This document shows positions 1 through 9,740 of a DNA stretch of 64,000 nucleotides, piece after piece (positions within the stretch are counted from its first letter, which is position 1; each line of letters starts with the position of its first letter). Origin of the DNA: a virus. A program made the translations under genes and the position numbers. The notes beneath the pieces were generated by a model. It saw nothing but the letters and a program-made list of their open reading frames with translations. It was not told where the DNA came from and did no database searches. The stretch lies in IMG/VR virus record IMGVR_UViG_3300030329_003230, positions 23,401-87,400 of that record; one strand, 5' to 3'.

Positions 1-1
1 C

Positions 2-370
2 AAGATTAATTGGGGAAGTCCTGACAAGTTACTAGATGTTTCAGAAAAGCCGACTATTATGTACATTAATGGTAAAGTTGCTGATTGGAAATTAACAGAC
101 CGAGGATTAAAATCCCAAGGACAACAAAATGTTTCAACATACGTTTGGGTGGAGAAAGAAGGGATAGAAAAGGGAACTTGGAGTGGTCCTATTTGTGTGG
201 ATAACCTCGATAATAAATCCCCAACAGGCGACCAGTTCGTAACAAGAGCGCTGGGATTACTGAATGATGACTTGTTAATTCAAAGAGTATCAACCATCAA
301 AGGAAGATTAAATAGCGGCCATAAAGTGGGACAAACTGACCAAAGAATTTCGCTGTTCCAAAAGGAATAG
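2..370 (+). CDS. 3' end of a larger protein truncated by the window edge; resembles the C-terminal domain of DUF4132-type proteins, with weaker E2-like similarity
   Basis: Frame is open from base 2 (KINWGSPDKLLDVSEKPTIM...). Motif 'YINGK..WKL...PICVD...GDQ...RALGLLND'. Confidence 0.45.
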   Translation, partial: KINWGSPDKLLDVSEKPTIMYINGKVADWKLTDRGLKSQGQQNVSTYVWVEKEGIEKGTWSGPICVDNLDNKSPTGDQFVTRALGLLNDDLLIQRVSTIKGRLNSGHKVGQTDQRISLFQKE

Positions 371-395
371 AGAAAAGAAACGGTCATCCTTCGGG

Positions 396-1259
396 GTGGC
401 AAAAATGAAATGCGACGAATGTAAAGGCGATATTGTAGAGATAAATGGAGAATGGTCTTGTAATATCTGTGGGTTAATCACAGGTAGTATAATGGATTCC
501 TCCCTTTTCAAAAACCAAGAATTAGTTAAACATCGAGATGGGAACTCTACTAGATTAGGGAGTCACATTGGTAAAGAAAAGATAAAGGGAGCAGCCAGAC
601 TCAGGAGATTGGCAGTTATGCATAGTTTATCTAAAGAGCAGAGATTAATGAAAAAAGCTGAGTTTTACATGAATATGGTTCTCAGTGAATTTCAATTGTC
701 AGATTGTGCTAAAAAGGACATAATGATTTATGATTCCACTTTAAGAAGAAAAGGTGTGTTTACTTCTAAAATGACATTAGAAGAAAGAGCAGGTGCTTTA
801 GGGTATATAATTTTGAAAGAATATGGAAGAGAATATACTCTACAAGAAGTATCTCAAATATTAGAACTATCACCTAAAAGGTTGAGTAAATTAGCTAAAT
901 TGTATGCAAGGCATTTGAATAAATCATACGTGTTTTCTAACATTAACGTGCCTTCATTGTTGGAGAAATTTTGTCTGAAATTAAATAAAGATAGAGCTTT
1001 CATTAATGATTGCGTAAGTCTGTATTATTACTTAGATAAGATAGAACCTAAACAGCCTAATTCAGCACATCTATCTGGCATTGTTTATTTTGTAGAGACA
1101 ACTAATACTAAACTAACTATGAGTCAGAGTGAAATAGCAAAGGAATTCAAAATTGGTTTGACTTCATTAAAAAATAATTACAAAAGAATATTGTCAATAT
1201 TGAAGATTGATAACGCATTTAATTTAACAGTGAGTGATATAATAGAGGGAATAAGATGA
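396..1259 (+). CDS. tfb: Transcription initiation factor TFB/TFIIB homolog
   Basis: N-terminal Zn ribbon CDEC...GEWSCNICGL followed by two cyclin-like repeats with HTH ends (TLQEVSQIL; SQSEIAKEF). The true start may be the ATG at 405. Confidence 0.85.
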   Translation: MAKMKCDECKGDIVEINGEWSCNICGLITGSIMDSSLFKNQELVKHRDGNSTRLGSHIGKEKIKGAARLRRLAVMHSLSKEQRLMKKAEFYMNMVLSEFQLSDCAKKDIMIYDSTLRRKGVFTSKMTLEERAGALGYIILKEYGREYTLQEVSQILELSPKRLSKLAKLYARHLNKSYVFSNINVPSLLEKFCLKLNKDRAFINDCVSLYYYLDKIEPKQPNSAHLSGIVYFVETTNTKLTMSQSEIAKEFKIGLTSLKNNYKRILSILKIDNAFNLTVSDIIEGIR

Positions 1260-1504
1260 GAGCAAAAACAGTGATACATGTAGAATATGAGATATTAAAA
1301 AATATATTACAATCGAAAGAAATAGGAATGGTAATTGAAAGAGTGAAAGCCAATATGGTTCCTCCTAATGACCCAGCCGCTGAGAAAAGATTCAATGCAG
1401 GAGTGACTTCTTCAGCCCAATTGATTCGCAATATAGTAGATAGAAGAACACACAGAATTCCTCAAAACCATCCCGACTTTAAGGTGAAGTCTAATGATGA
1501 CTGA
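1256..1504 (+). CDS. Hypothetical protein
   Basis: ORF coupled by start/stop overlaps to both neighbours. Confidence 0.6.
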   Translation: MRAKTVIHVEYEILKNILQSKEIGMVIERVKANMVPPNDPAAEKRFNAGVTSSAQLIRNIVDRRTHRIPQNHPDFKVKSNDD

Positions 1505-1850
1505 TGAATTGAAAGAAGAAATAAATTCCTTGATAGAACAATTAGATGAAGAGAAACCCCCTTCATCAATTAAAGAAGCAGATAAGGCGATTAAAACTAA
1601 TCTGCTTGTTTATCTAAGAGGATATGTTGCTGATGATTTTTGGTATAACGGCTGGAAAGATGGGCCTAAGAATAAATTTGATTCTGCAAGAGTAAAACTC
1701 ATGGAAAGATTAGTGAGTGAAATAAAAGAAACACCATTTATACCTTTAATGGTGGAAGAAAGTGAATCTAATTCTGCATTTGAATTTGATGTAAAGGAAA
1801 TAAGAGAAGACGTATTAACGTTACAAGATTATTTGGAGATGAATGAATGA
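1494..1850 (+). CDS. Hypothetical acidic protein
   Basis: ORF preceded by a GGTGA SD; overlaps the ThiF start (ATGA). Confidence 0.6.
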   Translation: MMTDELKEEINSLIEQLDEEKPPSSIKEADKAIKTNLLVYLRGYVADDFWYNGWKDGPKNKFDSARVKLMERLVSEIKETPFIPLMVEESESNSAFEFDVKEIREDVLTLQDYLEMNE

Positions 1851-2410
1851 AAAGAAAGATATTGATTATAGGAACTGGAGGTATAGGAAGTTTTCTTATT
1901 CCTCTTTTAGATAAGACTGAGTTATACAATATTACAGCCCATGACCCTGATATTATAGAAAAGAAGAATATCTCTTATCAGAATTTTAATACTGGTGAAA
2001 TAGATAAGAAGAAAGTCATGGTTATGAAAAACAGATATAGTTCAATAAAGAAGGCAGAACCATTTCTTGTTCTTACAGAAAAACAGATTCAGGGATATGA
2101 TTTAGTCGTTTGTTGTGCAGATAATCTTGATGTTCGTAGACTCCTTTATAGGTCATCAACTCGATGGCTGGATTTGAGAGCACAAGGAAGGAATGGGGCA
2201 TTGATTAGTTATAAGACCCCTAAAGATATGTTTGATGTTGTCCTTGCAGGACCAGATGGTAGTTTCTCTTGTCAAGGAACAGATTGGGCGGGAGATAATT
2301 CTGGATTACATTTTACTCATGTAGCAATTGCAGGTATGGCAGCGGAATGGATTCAAAGGTGGTTTATCAGCGATAGTGATGTTTGTGATTATAAGGTTGT
2401 GAATATTTGA
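1847..2410 (+). CDS. ThiF/MoeB/E1-like adenylyltransferase
   Basis: ILIIGTGGIGS Rossmann loop, DPDIIEKKNISYQ (DxDx[VI]xxxNxxxQ), DLVVCCADN, and a candidate catalytic Cys in FSCQ. Confidence 0.85.
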   Translation: MKRKILIIGTGGIGSFLIPLLDKTELYNITAHDPDIIEKKNISYQNFNTGEIDKKKVMVMKNRYSSIKKAEPFLVLTEKQIQGYDLVVCCADNLDVRRLLYRSSTRWLDLRAQGRNGALISYKTPKDMFDVVLAGPDGSFSCQGTDWAGDNSGLHFTHVAIAGMAAEWIQRWFISDSDVCDYKVVNI

Positions 2411-2637
2411 AAGAGAAAAAGGAATTTCGACGAGAAGTTGGCGACGTTGTAGATGTCTTAGAAACAGATAATGGAACGTATTTTGATTGTGAAATAGTAT
2501 CTGTTACTTGCCCTGCCTGTGGAGAATCCTTTACTGGAATTATTAGAGAAGCAGGTGGTTTTATTGCTGGGCATCAAACATATCACGAATTCACAAATGC
2601 TCAAGACGTTATGATAAATGCTATGGGTGGTGCTTGA
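2407..2637 (+). CDS. Small C2H2-type Zn-finger protein
   Basis: CPACG...HQTYH. Confidence 0.6.
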   Translation: MKEKKEFRREVGDVVDVLETDNGTYFDCEIVSVTCPACGESFTGIIREAGGFIAGHQTYHEFTNAQDVMINAMGGA

Positions 2638-3141
2638 ATGGAAGCTTGGATGAAAGATATACAGTCTAGTTTTAACGATGGAAATGGACTTAAGAGTATA
2701 TTCCATAATGAAAGAAATACATTTCTCCATGAAATCTGGAATCAAAGTATGAATGGATTTGATATCCCAAGGGAAATCCAAGTAGTTATAGATTCTAATA
2801 ATGAATTATTTATGAGTGTAGGAAGTCCTTCTTTTGTATCATTTAATGGACAAGATGAATCCCTTTATGGTAAGAATAATGAAAAGAAGATGAAACTACC
2901 AATCAAGTGTTGGATACATACTCACCCTTTTGGTAAAGCATATTTCAGCGGTACGGACATTTCAACAATCAATACTTGGAAACCACATATGATGTCAGCC
3001 ATAGTTTTAGGGGATAATGAACACCAAGTTTGGCAGAAGGTGAAACCGGATATTGCAAAACATGTTAGATATATTACTGAGACGATTATAGAATTAGGAA
3101 CTAAAAATAAGATAGATAAAATGGTAGAGGAATTGATATGA
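2638..3141 (+). CDS. JAB/MPN+ (JAMM) metalloprotease
   Basis: Upstream E (PREIQV) plus WIHTHPFGKAYFSGTD = HxH-x7-S-xx-D JAMM motif. Confidence 0.85.
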   Translation: MEAWMKDIQSSFNDGNGLKSIFHNERNTFLHEIWNQSMNGFDIPREIQVVIDSNNELFMSVGSPSFVSFNGQDESLYGKNNEKKMKLPIKCWIHTHPFGKAYFSGTDISTINTWKPHMMSAIVLGDNEHQVWQKVKPDIAKHVRYITETIIELGTKNKIDKMVEELI

Positions 3142-3365
3142 AATTAGAAGCATATGGTGAAACGATAGTTTGTAGAGAAGCAAAGACGAAAACAGGTCAT
3201 TTCGTAATGACTGAGAATAATAAAGCAGAAGTCATTTCAGTTGGTGATAAAGTTGAGAATTTGAATGTAGGAGAATTCATCTTCTATGAACCAAATAAGA
3301 AAGAAATTATTGGTGAATTTTTTGTTATTCATTTTCAAAGTGTGTTATGTAAGGTGATGGAATGA
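3138..3365 (+). CDS. groES: Co-chaperonin GroES-like
   Basis: MKLEAYGETIV...AEVISVGDKV...VGEFIFY; directly upstream of GroEL. Confidence 0.75.
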   Translation: MKLEAYGETIVCREAKTKTGHFVMTENNKAEVISVGDKVENLNVGEFIFYEPNKKEIIGEFFVIHFQSVLCKVME

Positions 3366-3438
3366 GTGAAGAAGATTATGAAGTTAGTAAACAAAGACAA
3401 GAAGACAAAGCAGCGAGTTATAATAAGGGGGAATAAGA

Positions 3439-5013
3439 GTGATAATAATAGGAAATGAAGCAAGAGAAAAAATGTTACAAGGAATAAATCTTACCGCCAA
3501 TGCGGTTAAGCCTACCCTTGGGCCTATGGCAAGAACAGTTGTTTTGAAAGAACGCTCTAAACCAATTATTGTTAATGATGGAGTAACTGTAGCAAAGGCA
3601 ATTCATCATGAAGATGAATTCGTAGATATGGGAGCTAAATTATTGATTGAAGTTGCAACTCAAGCCCAAAACTTAGCGGGTGATGGTACAACTACAGCCT
3701 GTGTTCTTGCCCAAGCCTTCTGTCAAGAAGGAATGAAATTAATAGAAGAAGGTAGTAATCCTGTAAAGATTGCAGAATCTTTGAAGGAAATAGTACATGA
3801 AATATCTGATTCTCTTTTAACGAAATCTCATCTTATTGAGAACTCTGATGAAATAAAACACGTAGCAACAATTGCTGCTAATAATGATAATTATATCGGA
3901 GGACTTATCGCTGAAGCAATAGAAACAGTTGGTAAAGATGGAGTAATTACTGTTAATGAATCTAAAGATATGAACACTACAATTGAGGTAGTTCAAGGAT
4001 TAGAAATAGATAGAGGTTATAGAACCCATCACTTAGCAACAGATAAAGAAAAGAATCAAACTGTTATGGAGAACCCTTTAATTCTGGTATCTAATTTTAA
4101 CATTATACGATTTCAAGAGATAATTCCAATCCTTGAGAAAGTTTCTGCAACTAAGCGCCCACTGTTACTTATTTCAAGAGGACTTGAGCAACACGCTATC
4201 AGTAATTTGATTGTCAACGTTATGGGTGGAGTAGTACAATGCTGTGCAATTGAATCGCCAGATTATGGTTTTGTATCTGATACACTTCTAGAGGATATCT
4301 CTATTGTTGTTGGGGCTAAATTCCTTGATTATCAGACCAATATCAAAATGGAAGAAGTACAAATCGAAGACTTAGGGGAAGCAGAAAAAGTGGTAGTAGG
4401 TGAACTAAGAACTACTATCATTAATGGTTCTGGAGATGAAGAGAAAGTAACAGAAAGAGCAACTATGATTACTAATCACATCAAAGACGCTGATAATGAA
4501 TTTATGGCTGATAAAATGAGAACAAGGGTAGCTAAACTGTTAGGCGGAGTAGCAGTCCTAAATGTAGGTGCAGCCTCTGAAGTAGAGATGAGGGATAAGA
4601 TGGAAAGAATAGATGATGCCCTTAATGCTACTAGAGCAGCAATAGAAATGGGAGTTATTTCTGGAGGAGGAACAGCTCTTGCGGAACTTTCTATGGCAAT
4701 GTCAGATAAGACTGAAGAAGTAGAAAAGGCAGTATTACTGGAGTGTCTATTAACTCCCTACGAACAAATATTGACTAATGCTGGTATTGATTACACTGAA
4801 AAGAAATATCAGAAAAAGAAAGTAAAATTACCACACATTAATGCTAAAAATGGAGAACTTGGAGATATGTATTCACTGGGAATTATAGACCCAGTTAAGG
4901 TTACTATTTCTTCTCTTAATAGTGCTGCTTCAGTAGCGGCTCTAGTATTAACATCAGAAGTATTAGTTGGAGAGGAAGAAAATGAGACTATGCAATCACA
5001 GGGCATGTTTTAA
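3439..5013 (+). CDS. groEL: Group I chaperonin GroEL
   Basis: TLGP, NDGVTVAK, AGDGTTTA, VGKDGVITV, ERIDDALNATRAA, GIIDPVKV; lacks the GGM tail. Confidence 0.95.
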   Translation: MIIIGNEAREKMLQGINLTANAVKPTLGPMARTVVLKERSKPIIVNDGVTVAKAIHHEDEFVDMGAKLLIEVATQAQNLAGDGTTTACVLAQAFCQEGMKLIEEGSNPVKIAESLKEIVHEISDSLLTKSHLIENSDEIKHVATIAANNDNYIGGLIAEAIETVGKDGVITVNESKDMNTTIEVVQGLEIDRGYRTHHLATDKEKNQTVMENPLILVSNFNIIRFQEIIPILEKVSATKRPLLLISRGLEQHAISNLIVNVMGGVVQCCAIESPDYGFVSDTLLEDISIVVGAKFLDYQTNIKMEEVQIEDLGEAEKVVVGELRTTIINGSGDEEKVTERATMITNHIKDADNEFMADKMRTRVAKLLGGVAVLNVGAASEVEMRDKMERIDDALNATRAAIEMGVISGGGTALAELSMAMSDKTEEVEKAVLLECLLTPYEQILTNAGIDYTEKKYQKKKVKLPHINAKNGELGDMYSLGIIDPVKVTISSLNSAASVAALVLTSEVLVGEEENETMQSQGMF

Positions 5014-5110
5014 TCTCGCTCACAGGGGGTTTAGAAAATGCTTATCCTGTTTGAAAGGAAACACACCAGAACAAAAAGAAAAGGATAGAAAAAGGTTGGA
5101 AGAAGAATGA
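4982..5110 (+). CDS. Unannotated 42-aa Cys-rich (Zn-finger) microprotein
   Basis: MRLCNHRACFNLAHRGFRKCLSCLKG...; preceded by GGAGAGG; ATGA overlap with the next gene. Confidence 0.55.
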   Translation: MRLCNHRACFNLAHRGFRKCLSCLKGNTPEQKEKDRKRLEEE

Positions 5111-5370
5111 GGAATGAATTAATAACAAGAGAAGATGGGCTATACATTAACGAAAAGAAAGTAATCAAAGGTTGGGAATCAATGTCGGGTTGGTATTGGT
5201 TTGCCACAGAAATAGAAATGGAAGACTATCATGGATACCCCATATGGTTTGGTTTAGTTCAAGGTATTGAAGAAGAATGGGGAAGTTTTACTCAAATAGA
5301 ATTAGAGAATCAATCTTCTATTTGGGAAATAAAAGAAGGCGATTTACCTCATGCTGGGAGGAGAAGATAA
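5107..5370 (+). CDS. DUF2958-like protein
   Basis: WYWFATE...FGLVQG.EEEWGSF..EL pattern. Confidence 0.6.
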   Translation: MRNELITREDGLYINEKKVIKGWESMSGWYWFATEIEMEDYHGYPIWFGLVQGIEEEWGSFTQIELENQSSIWEIKEGDLPHAGRRR

Positions 5371-5512
5371 TGGATAGATGGGAAAGGTCAGCCAAGAAAA
5401 ATAGAAGAAAATTCTTGAGATTATGTTGTCATGGAAATTATAGTACATGTGAAAATTGCCCAACCGCTGCAAAGAGCGAACATTGGGTAGACTTACCGGA
5501 AGGTGGGACTAA

Positions 5513-5731
5513 ATGACTGAAGAATTGAAGTTCCCTACAGTAGCAATACAGCTAACTACAGATGCTGGGATTCCTATAGATATGCCAGATGATTGGTTAG
5601 ATGCTGTCATATATATTGCAAGTATGATTAACAAAAAATATTCATGCGGTGTAGATATAGTGTATGGTTTAGCAAGTAAAAAGGGATTTAATATTTTAGA
5701 TAAAGAAGTAAGGAGGAATGAATATGAGTAA
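5513..5731 (+). CDS. Hypothetical protein
   Basis: ORF in a tightly packed + strand operon. Confidence 0.5.
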   Translation: MTEELKFPTVAIQLTTDAGIPIDMPDDWLDAVIYIASMINKKYSCGVDIVYGLASKKGFNILDKEVRRNEYE

Positions 5732-6230
5732 AGAAGAAAAAATAGGTGTTATTTTGAAGAAAGGAGAAGAGGATATGAGTAAGATGGAACAATGCGTTTC
5801 ATTTATTCTTTCAATGCGGGGTCAACTAATTATTGGACAAGCCCTTGCTAATTCAATTAAAGCAATGGAAAATAGATTGCCTGAAATGTGGAGAGAACCA
5901 AGTAATATTAAAGATATGAAATATATCTTGAAAAACTTCGGTATAGCAAAAGCAGTAACTGACTCTAAAAATAAAGACACAAGATATTTCGTCAAGAAGA
6001 ATGGAGAAATTATTGCAACTTATGATGATGCTGTTTACAATGGTGTTTTGGCTGTAGAAGTAGCAAAGAATATGCATTCTGTTGATACGTCCAATTATTA
6101 TGCAGCAAGTGTTGAGGTAACATTCAGTCCTGTGTTGATTGATGGTGGAGATAAAGAACCCACCGAGATTGCTATCTGGAGTTCTGATTCAGTAGCAACA
6201 GACGATGAGTTCGATTTTGATGGGGCCTGA
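5718..6230 (+). CDS. Hypothetical protein
   Basis: ORF with an AGGAGG SD. Confidence 0.55.
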   Translation: MNMSKEEKIGVILKKGEEDMSKMEQCVSFILSMRGQLIIGQALANSIKAMENRLPEMWREPSNIKDMKYILKNFGIAKAVTDSKNKDTRYFVKKNGEIIATYDDAVYNGVLAVEVAKNMHSVDTSNYYAASVEVTFSPVLIDGGDKEPTEIAIWSSDSVATDDEFDFDGA

Positions 6231-6232
6231 AG

Positions 6233-6451
6233 ATGAATGATGATGATGAATTATTAGGTCGTATTCCTAGAGACGCAAAGAAAGAATGGAAAGTAGTTAG
6301 AGGTAAATATTGGAATACTGAATACGTTGATATTCGTCTTTATGAAAATAATAAACCTACTAAGAAAGGAGCAAGATTGAATTTAGAAGAGATAGTATAT
6401 CTTAAACAAATACTAACTAAAATAAATATATTTAACGAGGAGGAAGAATAA
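6233..6451 (+). CDS. PC4-like ssDNA-binding protein
   Basis: YVDIRLYENNKPTKKGARL matches the PC4 pattern 'vDIR.yy....PtkKGi.L'. Confidence 0.75.
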   Translation: MNDDDELLGRIPRDAKKEWKVVRGKYWNTEYVDIRLYENNKPTKKGARLNLEEIVYLKQILTKINIFNEEEE

Positions 6452-6844
6452 ATGGAAACTGGATTATTTTGGAAATATAGTGATGATGCTTATAATGACT
6501 GGGTAGAAGAACACATGAATTGGATGGCGAATAATGTTCCTTCCCAAGTATGTGAGGCCTTTGAAAATGAAATAGAATCTCTAATTAATGATACAGATAG
6601 ACACGCCTTTATGTTGTATCATCTTTTACACATGTCAACTCTAGAAAATGATGATATGTACAAATTTAAAGAAGATGCTTCTGACATATGGAATTTAACA
6701 ATACCACTAATGCAGGCCTTTAACACCCTAATGTTAGGATTAGCAGCATCTGCTGGTGATGAAGATACAGTAAATGCTATTGGTTTATCTAACGCATTAA
6801 TGTTGAGAATGTTCGTCCCTAAAATCGGTGATAATGATGAGTAA
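6452..6844 (+). CDS. Hypothetical protein
   Basis: ORF with a GAGGAGG SD. Confidence 0.55.
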   Translation: METGLFWKYSDDAYNDWVEEHMNWMANNVPSQVCEAFENEIESLINDTDRHAFMLYHLLHMSTLENDDMYKFKEDASDIWNLTIPLMQAFNTLMLGLAASAGDEDTVNAIGLSNALMLRMFVPKIGDNDE

Positions 6845-7049
6845 TTTTAGTTACAATAGAGACTGGGAAGAGATAGAAATCATGCTAGATTTTGCAGAAA
6901 GAAAACAAAATAAACATTATTCTGAAATGCAAAATTGTAACAAAGGAGAACGAATGTACCATATGAGAAATTACAAAGCATTAGAAGGAGTAATTAAATC
7001 TCTTAGGTGGGTTTTAGGGGATAAAAATATAGAACACCCTTTAGAATAG
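6828..7049 (+). CDS. Hypothetical helical protein
   Basis: ORF ending LEGVIKSLRWVLG...HPLE. Confidence 0.55.
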   Translation: MIMMSNFSYNRDWEEIEIMLDFAERKQNKHYSEMQNCNKGERMYHMRNYKALEGVIKSLRWVLGDKNIEHPLE

Positions 7050-7057
7050 GTGAATAG

Positions 7058-7165
7058 ATGAAAAGGTGTGCTCATAAATATAAGTGCCACTTGAGGGGGA
7101 TGTCTTGGTGTACCGTCTGTGGATTAACTTTGTTAGAGAGTGAAAAAGATGAAAAAAAAATATGA
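7058..7165 (+). CDS. Unannotated 35-aa Zn-finger microprotein
   Basis: GGTGA SD; MKRCAHKYKCHLRGMSWCTVCGL... Confidence 0.5.
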   Translation: MKRCAHKYKCHLRGMSWCTVCGLTLLESEKDEKKI

Positions 7166-7379
7166 AACTATACTAAATAGAGTCAAAGAATATATTTCTG
7201 AATATGGCCCAGTTACTTCTGCTCAAATTAGTGATTGGTATGCGGAAAAGTTCGGGGTAAAACAAGCACCTGCTCCCGGACTTATTTCTTCTATACTTAG
7301 AATATATGGGGAAACAATAGACATAATGGGTTTTAAGAAAAACGTTTCTGGAGTCTATTTATGGAGGGATAAATTATGA
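7140..7379 (+). CDS. Probable winged-HTH DNA-binding protein
   Basis: VKEYISEYGPVTSAQISDW...LISSILR...GVYLW. Confidence 0.5.
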   Translation: MKKMKKKYETILNRVKEYISEYGPVTSAQISDWYAEKFGVKQAPAPGLISSILRIYGETIDIMGFKKNVSGVYLWRDKL

Positions 7380-7462
7380 GTTGGTTAATTATGATAATTA
7401 TAATTTTAACTTACGGAACAACTTTAGCATGGTCTTTGATAAAACACAGGAGTTTTGATTAA

Positions 7463-7744
7463 ATGTCTTTAATGTATCATTATGTAACTATTGCAATTGA
7501 ACATGTAGATAAAGCACTCGTTCTATGTGAAGAGTTAAGAAAAAGAGGAGTAACTTTTGACACTGGTTATAGCACAGAAGGAATGAATTGGGAATTAGAT
7601 TGGTCGATACAAGGTTATATGTCTGCCCAAGATATTCTTTTAGAGTTAGAGGAATTAAAGATTAATTATACCGTAAAAATGATTCCAGATAAAAAGAATT
7701 CTGCTTGGTTGAATAGGAGGAGTTTACATAAGAAAGAAAATTAA
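7463..7744 (+). CDS. Hypothetical protein
   Basis: ORF in the operon. Confidence 0.5.
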   Translation: MSLMYHYVTIAIEHVDKALVLCEELRKRGVTFDTGYSTEGMNWELDWSIQGYMSAQDILLELEELKINYTVKMIPDKKNSAWLNRRSLHKKEN

Positions 7745-7848
7745 AGGATGTTGGTGTCACGGTAATTCGGTTACTTGTTTTGAGTGTATGAAGAACTGTA
7801 CTTGTTATAAACCAACTGAAAGGGAAGATTACTATCAAAAGGGATAAT

Positions 7849-8106
7849 ATGTTGGAAAAACAAAAAGAAAATAATATGAAACATACAGTAAGTCTTAGAT
7901 GTGAAATATGCAACGGTGTTAGAGGAAGTCAAAAAAAGAGCCGCAAAGTGAAGAATAAATGGTTTATGTGTTCAGAGTGTATGAACAGTACACCTCCAGA
8001 TGAACATAGATGTAATGGCCAGACTGTGAATAAGCAAAGATGTAAAAGATGGACTTTAGGAAGAAAATATACACGTTGCTCTATACATGAGGATAAGGAA
8101 TGTTAG
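7849..8106 (+). CDS. Double Zn-finger protein
   Basis: CEIC...CSEC and RCNGQT...RCKR...RCSIH. Confidence 0.6.
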   Translation: MLEKQKENNMKHTVSLRCEICNGVRGSQKKSRKVKNKWFMCSECMNSTPPDEHRCNGQTVNKQRCKRWTLGRKYTRCSIHEDKEC

Positions 8107-8220
8107 GCGTTATTGTTTTTATGACGTGTTTTGGTTTTTCTTACTTCATCATACCACTATCTGTTTGGTGGGCTAAAAAAATAGAACAGAAGAATATTCA
8201 AGAATTATGGAGAGAAAAAA

Positions 8221-9738
8221 ATGAAATGGGTAGAATTCAGCAGATTAAATCAAGCAATAGAAATGTTAACGCCGACAAAAACAATTAGAATGTTATCAAA
8301 GGATTATCCAGAAGAGTATTTATCATTCATTAAAATATTATCTTTAGAACTACCCGCAAATAATTTAGCCAGCAAGAAGGCTATGAAATGGATAACTAAT
8401 GCTTTAGAAGTGTTTGATGATGAAATAGAATCTGCTATCTATATTCATGGAGATATAGGGGAAGCAATGTATCATTTTACTGAAGATGCACAAGACTCTA
8501 ATTTTAGCCTTGAAAGAGTTATAGATTTTTTATCTATGGATTGTAGCAAAGGTGATGGTGAGTCTTTTTCAACATTTAAGAATGTCTTTTCTTCTATGTC
8601 AGCATTAGAAAAGAAATGGTTTCTAAGGTACTGGTTAAGAACACCAAGGAATGGAATTAACTCTGGATTAGTGAAGAAGTTATTAGCCAAGGTGTATGGT
8701 AAGAAAGTAGGAGATATTACTAATCATCACCAACTACATTCTTTATCTGATATTGCTATGTATTACAATAAAGGACAAGAACCACCTAATGATTTGGAAA
8801 TTGGTAGATTTATTTCTCCAATGTTAGCTAAGGTAGTTCCTAAAGAAAAATGGCCTATGTTATTCATTATTGAATACAAGTACGATGGGGCAAGATATCA
8901 AATCCACAAAGGAGATGCAGTCATCATTTTCAATCGTAAAGGGAAAGTAGTTACAGAAAAATTCCCTGATATAGTAGAACAGGTTATTGGTTGGAATATA
9001 CCTGAGTCTTTCATTATTGATACTGAAATTTATCCGGTTGAGGATAATGGACGGCCAGCCCCTTTCAAGAAAATGGGAACTCGTATTCATTCTAAGAATG
9101 TGCAAGAGGCTATTGAAAAATGCCCAGTAAAATTAGCAGTGTTTGACTGTATGATGTTTAATGATGAAAATCTAATGGGTTTACCTTTAGAAAAGCGGCT
9201 TAAAATAATAGATAAATTTCCAGACTTAACGGAAAGAACTCCTCAAATGAAACATGATATATTCTATAATTTAGCAATTAATGATGGTTATGAAGGAATA
9301 ATGATTAAAGATTTGAATGCTCCATATGAAAGTGGTAAGCGTTCAATTGCTTGGGCTAAACATAAACCACCTAGATTCGAATTAGACGTGGTAGTTACTG
9401 GAGTTAGATACGGAGAAGGAAAAAGGGCAACAGTGTTTAGTTCATACGATATTGCTGTTAAAGATAAAAATGATTTCATTTCCATAGGAAGCATAGGTAC
9501 GGGTTTTTCAGAAATAGATTTAATCTATTTAACCAATGAAGCAAAGAAGATAATTCTATCAGTTGAGAATGGAACTTATACCCTCTCACCAAGAATAGTT
9601 TTAGAAGTAACTTGTGATTTAATAACTCAAGATAATGAAGGTAATTTAGGGTTAAGATTCCCTAGATTACTTAGAATAAGAAATGATAAACCTGTATCTG
9701 ATATTAATACAATTGAAGATATTGAAAATATGGTGTAG
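8221..9738 (+). CDS. lig: ATP-dependent DNA ligase (archaeal type, replication arm)
   Basis: PMLA, EYKYDG (motif I), IIDTE, FDCM, EGIMIK, WAKHK, LRFPR. Confidence 0.95.
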   Translation: MKWVEFSRLNQAIEMLTPTKTIRMLSKDYPEEYLSFIKILSLELPANNLASKKAMKWITNALEVFDDEIESAIYIHGDIGEAMYHFTEDAQDSNFSLERVIDFLSMDCSKGDGESFSTFKNVFSSMSALEKKWFLRYWLRTPRNGINSGLVKKLLAKVYGKKVGDITNHHQLHSLSDIAMYYNKGQEPPNDLEIGRFISPMLAKVVPKEKWPMLFIIEYKYDGARYQIHKGDAVIIFNRKGKVVTEKFPDIVEQVIGWNIPESFIIDTEIYPVEDNGRPAPFKKMGTRIHSKNVQEAIEKCPVKLAVFDCMMFNDENLMGLPLEKRLKIIDKFPDLTERTPQMKHDIFYNLAINDGYEGIMIKDLNAPYESGKRSIAWAKHKPPRFELDVVVTGVRYGEGKRATVFSSYDIAVKDKNDFISIGSIGTGFSEIDLIYLTNEAKKIILSVENGTYTLSPRIVLEVTCDLITQDNEGNLGLRFPRLLRIRNDKPVSDINTIEDIENMV

Positions 9739-9740
9739 AA

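Noticed and set aside
5014-5106. Possible third copy of the GGGGGTTT RNA element after groEL
   Set aside because: It lacks the TGCC/GGCA pseudoknot and closing C-run, and it is covered by a plausible Zn-finger micro-ORF (4982-5110).
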